DNA from: Brevinematia bacterium | GTDB taxonomy: Bacteria > Spirochaetota > Brevinematia > DTOW01 | Assembly: GCA_046299455.1 (NCBI GenBank) | Contig: JBKBIJ010000001.1 | Location: 1 to 31,454, forward strand | Reading direction: 5' to 3' | Length of the DNA: 31,454 nucleotides | Shown: one piece after another, positions 9,501 through 17,952 of the stretch | How the letters are laid out: each line of letters begins with the position of its first letter | Numbering within the stretch: the stretch's first letter is position 1 | Notes under the pieces: model-generated | Told to the model about the DNA's origin: nothing | The model's input: the letters and a program-made list of their open reading frames with translations, nothing else | The model's database searches: none | Translations under genes and position numbers: made by a program

Positions 9501-10075
9501 GTGTTATCTGATAAGAGATTACAAAGATTTTTTGATCTGGTTTACGAAGAAGTGGTCCTTTTTATCTTTAGTATAAGAGACTTTAGGAGATAATTGAAGT
9601 GAGTAATCGTTGAAAGTGGTTTGTGAAGAGTATTATCAATGGAATTTGTAGTAATGTAATAAAGTTTGGACAGATTATAGTAATGGAAGTAATCTACTTA
9701 TGGGTAGAGATTATTTGAGGGGATATGAAGGTAATGGGAGATAGGTTATATGGTCAAAGGGTTAAGGTGCTTAAGAAGGTAGGAGGATTGTAATATGGTT
9801 CGATATGTTGTTTGGATGAGACGATGAGGAAGAAAGTTAGGTCTTAGGTAAGGGAAAGGGTAATGAGGGAGGGTATGTGCATAAGGGGATAATGGGAGGT
9901 AGGTATAGGATAGAGCGAGTATTTGGGGGTATAGGGGGGTATATAGTAATTATTTGAGGGTGAAGAGTATGGGGTAGTAAAGGTTATGGTTATATTGTAG
10001 AATGTTGCATGTCTACTCAGAGTGTTTTCTATACCTACTCTTGTAATGGTGTTTATAGGTTTTTGCAATAACTTA
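9501..10075 (+). pseudogene. Decayed DDE transposase (IS4/IS5-superfamily-like), central and C-terminal part
   Basis: Frame-broken motifs: MKVMGDRLYGQ (9725-9757, catalytic D-x-x-Y type), DETMRKKVR, GGRYRIERVFGGI (9895-9933, Y/R-x-x-IE-x-x-FG catalytic-E motif). Multiple stops and frameshifts. Confidence 0.7.
9852..9873 (+). other. Canonical G-quadruplex-forming motif
   Basis: GGG-AAA-GGG-TAATGA-GGG-A-GGG read directly from the sequence. Confidence 0.55.
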
Positions 10076-10142
10076 CTCTTAAATGGATATATAATATATG
10101 GTAATTTTAAAATTTAGTTCTTAGTGAGAGGTGGGGGTTATT

Positions 10143-11072
10143 ATGAAAAAGGTAGTTTTTGTTTTTCCTGGTCAGGGTTCTCAGTATGTTGGTATGGGGA
10201 AAGATCTTTACGAAAGATTTGAATACGTAAGAGAGTTGTATGATAAAGCTAGTGAGATAGTTGGTTTTGACATAAAAAGATTAGTGTTTGAAGGCAGTGA
10301 AGACGATCTTAAGGATACAGCAAATGCTCAGCCTAGTATTTTTCTGACTTCTTCGGTAATGCTTGAGGTTCTCAAGAGAGAGGCAAATGATAAATTTGAG
10401 TTAATTGCCTGTGCTGGGCATAGTTTGGGTGAGTATTCTGCGTTATACTGTGCTGGTGTTTTTTCTTTCGAAGATGGTATTAAGATTACTAGAAAAAGGG
10501 GTGAGCTTATGAGGGACGCTGATCCCGAGGGCAAAGGTGGAATGGCTGCTGTTATAGGGCTTGATGTAAATAAAATAAAAAAGATATGTGGCGAGCTCAC
10601 CAATAATGGCAAGTATGTTGAACCTGTAAACTATAATTCTCCTGACCAAACTGTTATTTCTGGATATAAAGATGCAATAAAAGAAGCTTCTGAGAAGCTT
10701 AAGTCTGAAGGTGCTAAAAGAGTTATAGAACTTGCGGTTTCAGGAGCTTTTCATTCGAAAATGATGGAAGACTCTGCTAGAGAATTCAAAAAATTTCTCT
10801 TATCATTTAATATAAATTCTCCAAAGTTCATAGTTTTTGCAAACTACAATGCTAGTCCGTATCCATCAAAAAAAGAAGACATGATAGAGATTATGGAGAA
10901 ACAAATGTACTCTCCAGTGCTTTGGGTAGACATAGTTAAAAACATTGCATCATTAAGCCCAGATCTAGTTATAGAGGTTGGACCAGGACAGGTACTCAAA
11001 GGATTAATCAAGAAAATTGTTCCCAATATCGAAGTTACTAATTTCTCTGTAGATTTACTAGATACTTTCTAG
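10143..11072 (+). CDS. fabD: Malonyl-CoA:ACP transacylase
   Basis: FVFPGQGSQ, AQP, GHSLGEY, VSGAFHS, EVGPG. ATG 10143 preferred over the GTG at 10131. Confidence 0.97.
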   Translation: MKKVVFVFPGQGSQYVGMGKDLYERFEYVRELYDKASEIVGFDIKRLVFEGSEDDLKDTANAQPSIFLTSSVMLEVLKREANDKFELIACAGHSLGEYSALYCAGVFSFEDGIKITRKRGELMRDADPEGKGGMAAVIGLDVNKIKKICGELTNNGKYVEPVNYNSPDQTVISGYKDAIKEASEKLKSEGAKRVIELAVSGAFHSKMMEDSAREFKKFLLSFNINSPKFIVFANYNASPYPSKKEDMIEIMEKQMYSPVLWVDIVKNIASLSPDLVIEVGPGQVLKGLIKKIVPNIEVTNFSVDLLDTF

Positions 11073-11976
11073 ATTTTGTAAAAACTTTAGAACGAATCAT
11101 TCAAGTCTATGTTAAATAACCAATTATTGTTATTTTAGTAGTTTTTCCTTAGTTTTAGAAAATCCAAAAAATATTTTTGTATCCAAAAATTATCCAAAAA
11201 TAATGTACAAAAAGAGAATCTCTTGCATTAAATGGATTTAAATTCCAGGATATGGAGATAAAGATGTAGAGTTGGAGTGAAAATGTTTCAAAAATGTTAC
11301 TTTCATGTTTAAAGGGGCTTTGGCGCATAATTTTGAGAGTTAGCTTTTCAGAAAAGTCTTGTAACATTTATTTTCCAAGGTATATAGCTAAATCTTATTG
11401 TCTATTCACCAAAGCGGTGATATTTTTTTACACACTTACTTGTCTTCTAGGAGTTGTTTTAAAGAGTTTTTGTAATTTAAGATAACATCGTTATATAAAT
11501 AACCTTCTAGTTTTGGAACATACTACCATATCTAGAAAGGGTAGGAAGCTAAACTTCAAAGGACAAAATCAAAAAACATACATCTTGTTATAGTTAATGC
11601 AGGAATAAAGATATATGGAGAAGTGGAGTAGGGAACATTAAAGCATAGGAGAAAGAAGATTGAATGGACAAAAATACCAATGCTCGTATATGTAAGGATC
11701 CATTACTTTAAGAAAATATTTTTATTAAGAGAAATTATGGAACATAATAATAGCATTTTGTCTAAATAGGTTGTAAGTGAGAATGTGGGAAAAAGAGATT
11801 TAGGAAATTGGATTTTTGATACACTATGGAATTGGGTTGTAAAATTTTAGTTGTGGGTTAATGAGTAAGTACTAAAGAAGTTAGAAAATAACTTTTTGGT
11901 AAGTTAGTTGAAAGGAGATTTTTGTCAGAAAGAGTATTAAACGTGCGATAAAAGAATTAGTAGAAAAACTATAGAT
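11073..11976 (+). repeat. Cluster of degenerate dispersed-repeat copies
   Basis: GAGTGAAAATGTTTCAAAAATG at 11275 (1 mismatch to 1490); GAAATTATGGAACATAATAATAGCAT near 11731; TTTAGGAAATTGGATTTTTGATACA at 11799-11823, identical to 13166-13190. Confidence 0.8.
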
Positions 11977-12828
11977 TTAAATTTGTTGTATATAATTTTT
12001 TAGCCAACTACGGAACTCTTCTTTTAATTCTGATTGTTCAAGTATATATCTTACAAAAGATTTCGAATATTCAATAGGGGTTCCTGTGTCAAAGAATTCT
12101 TCTTTTTTGACTTCTATTCCTAGCACTTTGCCTTCTCTGCATAACTTATTTATTGCGTCTATATGATAAAATTCTCCTTTACCATTGAATTTTTCCCAAT
12201 CCTCCTTAAGAAATTTCATAAACTCTGGTGTAAAAAGATATCTTCCAATAGTAACGTATGAGGAGGGTTCTTTTCCTTTAGCTGGTTTCTCTACTATTTC
12301 GTTTACTTCGAATAGGTTGTTGATTTTTCTTACTTTTGCAACACCAAATCTTTGTAAATCTTCACCGCTTTTATCTATTATAGATATTACATTTTTATTA
12401 GAGGATTTGAATATTTCAACTAACTTTTTGCTCAAAGATGGCTTTGAAATTACTATATCGTCTGGATAAAGAAGGATGAAAGGATCATTCCCTATAAAGC
12501 TGGAAGCTTCGATGATAGCGTTACCTACTCCAAGCATTCTTTTTTGCCTAACAAAGCAAATGTTTGCATTTGGAGGTAATATAATCTTTTCTTTTTCGGT
12601 GCCTTTGAAAAAAGATTCTAGCTCAAATTCTACATCAAAATAATCATCCAAGCTCTTTTTCCTTCTGCTGGTTACAATAATTATGTCCTTTATTCCAGCT
12701 TCGATAATTTCATTTATGCTAAAATGGATGGATGGGATGTTATATAAAGGTAGCATTTCTTTCGGAATTGTTTTCGTTATAGGTAAAAACCTGCTACCGT
12801 ATCCAGCGGAGATTATAAGTGCTTTCAT
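11977..12828 (-). CDS. galU: UTP-glucose-1-phosphate uridylyltransferase
   Basis: AGYGSRFLPITKTIPKEMLP, RQ...LGVGNAI, VEKP, GRYLFTP. Confidence 0.93.
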   Translation of the reverse strand: MKALIISAGYGSRFLPITKTIPKEMLPLYNIPSIHFSINEIIEAGIKDIIIVTSRRKKSLDDYFDVEFELESFFKGTEKEKIILPPNANICFVRQKRMLGVGNAIIEASSFIGNDPFILLYPDDIVISKPSLSKKLVEIFKSSNKNVISIIDKSGEDLQRFGVAKVRKINNLFEVNEIVEKPAKGKEPSSYVTIGRYLFTPEFMKFLKEDWEKFNGKGEFYHIDAINKLCREGKVLGIEVKKEEFFDTGTPIEYSKSFVRYILEQSELKEEFRSWLKNYIQQI

Positions 12829-13013
12829 GATTTAATTTTATAACATTTGTAAGAAAAGTATCTAATTTCATACTTAATATATATTTTGGACTTGAATAGG
12901 TGACCTTAGAGGTGGCAACTTTTAAAATCTCATCAGAATAATGCATTTCTGATTCTCTTGATTTAGACTTTGATAAAACGCGGTAAGATGTTTTTGGTTT
13001 TAGAGTTAGGTAT

Positions 13014-13190
13014 TGTTTCAAAATTTGTAGAAGTTTCTAGAGTCTATCGTTCTATGGAACTGAAATTCTTAAAGAGTTTTATATAACAATAATACCGTAA
13101 AAGAGTTTATCCAAATAGGTTTTAAGTAATAATATAATTTGTAGTGGGATGTGGGTAAAATAAGGTTTAGGAAATTGGATTTTTGATACA
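13014..13190 (+). mobile_element. Best-preserved MITE-like repeat unit (177 bp)
   Basis: Left end TGTTTCAAAAT (13014-13024) versus right end ATTTTTGATACA (13179-13190; reverse complement TGTATCAAAAAT). Internal TATGGAACT...AATACCGTAA...TTATCCAAATAGGTT modules are shared with other copies. Confidence 0.65.
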
Positions 13191-13267
13191 TTTATTGTAC
13201 AATTTCTTGTAAAACTTTAAATTTTATTAGTAATTTATTTAAAATAACAGATTACTGGAGGGAAATT

Positions 13268-13528
13268 ATGGCTAAGGATCCTAATGTAAAGGATAGAAGT
13301 AGAGGTAAAGGATTGGGTGTTAAGCTGTATGATGGGCAGTTTGCCAAAGCTGGTAGCATAATAGTTAGGCAAATAGGTAATAGGATATATCCGGGTGAGA
13401 ATACAGGTCAAGGAAGAGACTTTACTATTTTTGCTCTTAAGGATGGTGTTGTTAAGTTTTACACAAGGAGGGGAAAGAAGTTTGTTAGTGTTAGAGAAAT
13501 TTCTAGTGGGGGATTAGATGATAAGTAA
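13268..13528 (+). CDS. rpmA: 50S ribosomal protein L27 with divergent N-terminus
   Basis: [16 protein letters not shown]....[19 protein letters not shown] is the L27 core; GGAGG RBS at 13257. Confidence 0.9.
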   Translation: MAKDPNVKDRSRGKGLGVKLYDGQFAKAGSIIVRQIGNRIYPGENTGQGRDFTIFALKDGVVKFYTRRGKKFVSVREISSGGLDDK

Positions 13529-13868
13529 GGAAAAATTAGAAGAATTAAAAGAAAGGTTATCTAAAGAAAAATTACAAATACTTTCCGATATCTTTGGAGA
13601 AGAAGTAGCTATAAAGAGTTTTGTAAGTCAATCTGAAGGTGATATTGCTGATAAAGCTAGTGATTTTTATGAGTCTCAGTTGCTTGCAAGTATTTCTGGG
13701 GTTCAAAGGGAAATAATAGACAAGATAAATGAAGCGCTTAGAAGGATTGAAGATGGTGTTTATGGTAAATGTAGAATGTGTGGTAGTCCTATAGAAATAG
13801 AGAGGTTAGAAGCAATTCCGTATACCGATATTTGTTCTGAGTGCGCTAAAAAGACTGTAAGAAGGTAA
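13518..13868 (+). CDS. dksA: TraR/DksA C4 zinc-finger protein
   Basis: Coiled-coil with DxxD tip (GDIAD); [25 protein letters not shown]...CSEC. Confidence 0.85.
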   Translation: MISKEKLEELKERLSKEKLQILSDIFGEEVAIKSFVSQSEGDIADKASDFYESQLLASISGVQREIIDKINEALRRIEDGVYGKCRMCGSPIEIERLEAIPYTDICSECAKKTVRR

Positions 13869-13875
13869 TATATTT

Positions 13876-15315
13876 ATGGTTGGTGGTTTTAAGATTTCAG
13901 AGGTCGTTGAAGGTATAAAAGGTGGGAAAATATCTTGTTATGAATTAGTTAGTGAATATATAAGGAAAATAAAAGAAGACAACAATTCTAAATACCCTAT
14001 AAATGCATTTATAACGATTGATGAAGATAATGCTCTGAGAATTGCTAAACGTATAGATGAGAGTAGATCTTCTCTTAATGGTAAGCTTCTAGGTGTACCT
14101 ATTGCTATAAAGGATAACATAAATGTTGAAGGGTTACCAACTACATGTGCTTCTAAAATTCTTGAAGGATTCGTATCTGTTGAGGATGCTACTGTTATCA
14201 CGAAGTTAAAACAACAGGGATGTGTTATAATTGGTAAAACAAACATGGATGAATTTGCTATGGGGTCATCAAATGAGACTTCGTACTATGGTGTGGTTAG
14301 GAATCCCCATGATAGGACTAGGGTACCTGGTGGATCTTCTGGAGGATCTGCTGCAAGTGTTGCTGCTGATTTTTGTGTTGCATCTTTGGGGTCAGATACA
14401 GGTGGATCTATAAGACAACCTTCGGCGTTTTGCGGAGTTGTAGGTTTAAAACCTACTTATGGACTTGTTTCTAGATATGGGCTTGTTGCTTTTGGTTCGT
14501 CTCTAGATCAGATTGGCCCTATTACTAAAAGCGTTAAAGATGCTGCTATAATTTTGGATGTCATTGCTGGATATGATCCCAAGGATTCGACTTCTGTTAA
14601 ATTTAACGATACATATTTTTCTGGCAAATTAGATGATAGGTTTGAATTGTCTGGAACAGTTGTTGGATTGCCGGAAGAATATTTTACGGATGATATACAG
14701 AAAGATATACTGGATAATATATATAGCGTGGTTAAGATTCTAGAATCCAAAGGCGCCAAAGTAAAGAAAGTTTCTCTGCCCAAAACAAAATACGCGATAC
14801 CTACTTATTATATAGTGGCTCCTGCTGAAGCAAGCTCAAATCTTGCTAGATTTGATGGTATAAGGTACGGTCTAAGAGAAGAAGCTAAGTCATTGAAGGA
14901 TGTTTATTATAACACGAAAACCGTTGGTTTTGGTAAAGAAGTAAAAAGAAGAATAATGTTGGGTAATTATGTTTTGTCGGCAGGTTATTATGATGCTTAT
15001 TATCTTAAGGCTTTAAAAGTTAGAACTTTGCTCAAAAATGACTTTAAGAGAGTTTTTGAAGAAGTTAACTTTATAATTACACCTACTACACCTACTACTG
15101 CATTTAAGATAGGTGAGAAAGTTTCTAATCCTATAGAAATGTATTTATCGGATATATTTACTGTTACGGTAAATCTCGTTGGTACATGTGCTATATCTAT
15201 TCCAATTGGTAAGGACAGTAATAATCTACCCATAGGTATGCAAATAATAGGTAAACCTTTCGAGGATAGTGAATTACTTAAGTTTGCTTATTTTGTTGAG
15301 AAATTGATAGATTAA
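13876..15315 (+). CDS. gatA: Asp/Glu-tRNA amidotransferase subunit A
   Basis: Amidase signature GGSSGGSAA, GSDTGGSIRQP, SSNLARFDGIRYG, EVKRRIMLG, YYDAYYLKA, MYLSDIFTV. Confidence 0.97.
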   Translation: MVGGFKISEVVEGIKGGKISCYELVSEYIRKIKEDNNSKYPINAFITIDEDNALRIAKRIDESRSSLNGKLLGVPIAIKDNINVEGLPTTCASKILEGFVSVEDATVITKLKQQGCVIIGKTNMDEFAMGSSNETSYYGVVRNPHDRTRVPGGSSGGSAASVAADFCVASLGSDTGGSIRQPSAFCGVVGLKPTYGLVSRYGLVAFGSSLDQIGPITKSVKDAAIILDVIAGYDPKDSTSVKFNDTYFSGKLDDRFELSGTVVGLPEEYFTDDIQKDILDNIYSVVKILESKGAKVKKVSLPKTKYAIPTYYIVAPAEASSNLARFDGIRYGLREEAKSLKDVYYNTKTVGFGKEVKRRIMLGNYVLSAGYYDAYYLKALKVRTLLKNDFKRVFEEVNFIITPTTPTTAFKIGEKVSNPIEMYLSDIFTVTVNLVGTCAISIPIGKDSNNLPIGMQIIGKPFEDSELLKFAYFVEKLID

Positions 15316-17867
15316 TTTTTAGCTGTTTCCATGATTTTTCTGTTTTTCATTTTGTTGTTCTCTTTAGATTTGTTTTTTGTATTTTCTTTAGTTTCTATTT
15401 TTATTTCTACTTTGACTTTATCTTCTTCTATTTCATTACATATTACTTTTATCTTCTTGTTTTCTTTAGCTATTGAAGATATATCTATTCCTTTTTCTAT
15501 AATTTTTTGGGTAACTACGTCTTCTATGTATTTTCTTATTGTTTTTCTGAGTGGTCTTGCGCCCATTTTGGGGTCAAAACCTTTCTCTGCCAAGAATTCT
15601 TTTACTATTTCATTTATCGATATGGATATATTGTTTATTTCTAGATCTCTATTTATTTCTCTTATCATTTTGTCAACTATATCTTTTACTACTTCCTTTG
15701 ATAGAGGTTTGAATACTACTACTTCGTCAAGTCTGTTTAGAAATTCAGGACTAAAGTATTTTTTTACGTCATCTAAGATTTTTTCTTTCATGTTTTCATA
15801 TTCGAAAGCTCTTTCTTGAGAAGCTTTTGCAAATCCTAGGTACCCTTTGTTTGTTATTTCTTTTACACCAAGATTGGAAGTCATTATTATCACAGTGTTT
15901 GAAAAGCTTACTATATTATTTAGATTATCTGTTAATCTTCCATCATCCATTACTTGTAATAGTATGTTAAATACATCTGGATGGGCTTTTTCTATTTCAT
16001 CGAATAGTATTACGGAGTAAGGTTTCCTTCTTACTGCTTCTGTTAATTGTCCTCCTTCTTGATATCCTACGTATCCTGGTGGTGCACCTATTAATCTTGA
16101 AACTGTGAATTTCTCCATGAACTCACTCATGTCTATTCTTATTAAGTTATCTTCGCTGCCGAATAAGAATTCTGCTAGAGATTTAGCCAATTCCGTTTTA
16201 CCTACACCTGTTGGTCCAAGGAATAGAAATGAACCTATTGGTTTGTTTTTGGGTTTTAACCCTATTCTTGACCTTTTTATAGCTTTTGAGACGATTTCTA
16301 CTGCTTCGTCTTGTCCGATTACTCTCTTCTTTAGTTCTTTCTCTATGTTTGCTAATTTGGTTATTTCCATGCCACCCAATTTTTTAACAGGTATTCCTGT
16401 CATGGATGAGAGAGTTTCTCTTATATCATCCACTGTAACTGGAATTATTATCGAAGAGATTCTATTTATCCATTCTTCTTTTGAGGATTCATATTTTCTT
16501 CTCACCTCATCGAGTTTGTCTCTATATACTGCTGCTTCTTCGTAATTTTGGTATGCTATTGCTTCTTTCTTTTTTGTTTCTAGTTCCTCAATTTCTGTTT
16601 CAAGATCTATAAGTTCTTTTGGTTTTGAGAATATTTTCATTCTTACTTTCGCACCTGCTTCATCTATTAGGTCTATAGCTTTATCTGGTAGATATCTTCC
16701 TTGTATGTACTGTTTTGAGAGGTATACTGCTTGTATTATAGCTTCATCATCGTATCTTACTTTGTGGAAGTCTTCATATTTTTTCTTTATTCCTTTAAGT
16801 ATCTCGATAGATGTTTCTACAGAAGGTTCTTCGACTAATACTATTTGAAATCTTCTTTCCAGAGCTTTATCTTTTTCTATATACTTTCTATAGTCATCTA
16901 GTGTTGTAGCTCCTATAAACTGTATTTCTCCTTTTGAGAGCTCGGGTTTCAATATATTTGCTGCATCTATTGCACCTTCTGCTGCTCCTGCACCTATTAC
17001 AGTATGTATCTCATCTATAAATACTATAACATCTCCTGCTGTTTTTATCTCGTTTATTATATTTTTAAGCCTATCTTCAAACTCACCTCTATACTTGGTA
17101 CCTGCAACTATTGCTGGTATGTTTAGTTGGACTATCCTTTTATCCATAAGATATTCTGGTACTTGACCTTTTACTATCTTTTGGGCCAATCCCTCAACTA
17201 TCGATGTTTTACCAACACCTGGTAGTCCAACCAAAACAGGATTATTCTTCTTTCTTCTTACCAGTATTTGTATTGTTCTTTCTATTTCATTTTCTCTACC
17301 TATGACGGGATCTAACTTTCCTTCGATTGCTTGTTTGCATAGATCTATACTAAACTCGTCCAGAAGAGGTGTTCTTACTTTTTTCTTTTTTTCCTTTTGC
17401 TCTGATTGCCTTGCACCGAACGGTACAGAATTTGATAGTCTTGTGATCGTTCTTCTTAAAGCATCAAGAGTTATACCATTGTTCTCCAGAATGATATATG
17501 CTATGCCACTGTATCCACTCATCATCGCTATTAGCATATGTTCTGGACCTATATAATTATGACCTAGTTTTTTTGCCTCTTCCAGTGCTACATCAAGCAG
17601 TTTTTTTACATTTTGACTAAACGGTAAAGACCCCATGTTTATTGGACCCATTGGATTTCTTATTGCGTTTTCTAGATCAAATTTTAGTTTTTCTGTATCT
17701 ACTCCTAGATCTCTTAATGCAGCAACTGCTCTGTTTTCATTATCAGTTATTATTGCTATAAGTAGATGTTCTACTTCTATCTTATCATTCCTTAACCTTT
17801 TTGCTATCTCTTGTGAGAGAATATTTAATATCTTTTTGGAGCTAGGTGTTAATCCTTCGGGAAACAT
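15312..17867 (-). CDS. clpC: ATP-dependent Clp protease ATP-binding subunit ClpC
   Basis: Two Clp-N repeats, Walker A GLPGVGKT and GPTGVGKT, UVR-like coiled coil, RLIGAPPGYVGY, GARPLR; 851 aa. Confidence 0.96.
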   Translation of the reverse strand: MFPEGLTPSSKKILNILSQEIAKRLRNDKIEVEHLLIAIITDNENRAVAALRDLGVDTEKLKFDLENAIRNPMGPINMGSLPFSQNVKKLLDVALEEAKKLGHNYIGPEHMLIAMMSGYSGIAYIILENNGITLDALRRTITRLSNSVPFGARQSEQKEKKKKVRTPLLDEFSIDLCKQAIEGKLDPVIGRENEIERTIQILVRRKKNNPVLVGLPGVGKTSIVEGLAQKIVKGQVPEYLMDKRIVQLNIPAIVAGTKYRGEFEDRLKNIINEIKTAGDVIVFIDEIHTVIGAGAAEGAIDAANILKPELSKGEIQFIGATTLDDYRKYIEKDKALERRFQIVLVEEPSVETSIEILKGIKKKYEDFHKVRYDDEAIIQAVYLSKQYIQGRYLPDKAIDLIDEAGAKVRMKIFSKPKELIDLETEIEELETKKKEAIAYQNYEEAAVYRDKLDEVRRKYESSKEEWINRISSIIIPVTVDDIRETLSSMTGIPVKKLGGMEITKLANIEKELKKRVIGQDEAVEIVSKAIKRSRIGLKPKNKPIGSFLFLGPTGVGKTELAKSLAEFLFGSEDNLIRIDMSEFMEKFTVSRLIGAPPGYVGYQEGGQLTEAVRRKPYSVILFDEIEKAHPDVFNILLQVMDDGRLTDNLNNIVSFSNTVIIMTSNLGVKEITNKGYLGFAKASQERAFEYENMKEKILDDVKKYFSPEFLNRLDEVVVFKPLSKEVVKDIVDKMIREINRDLEINNISISINEIVKEFLAEKGFDPKMGARPLRKTIRKYIEDVVTQKIIEKGIDISSIAKENKKIKVICNEIEEDKVKVEIKIETKENTKNKSKENNKMKNRKIMETAKN

Positions 17868-17952
17868 AATCTACCTCTTAGTATAAAAAAGTTAAAGAAA
17901 TTACCAAAAAAAATCAAATTATTTTCTGCTTCATTGGAAAATTATCGGATTT

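Noticed and set aside
9844-10068. 74 aa minus-strand ORF rich in P/T/Y/I
   Set aside because: Antisense shadow of the G-rich transposase remnant.
11090-11117. dif-like site (CTATGTTAAAT resembles the XerD arm)
   Set aside because: The XerC arm at the correct 6-bp spacing (GAACGAATCAT) does not match.
8217-13021. Short ORFs 8217-8408, 11155-11367, 11294-11485 and 12794-13021
   Set aside because: No RBS or recognisable motifs; they overlap real genes or repeat modules.
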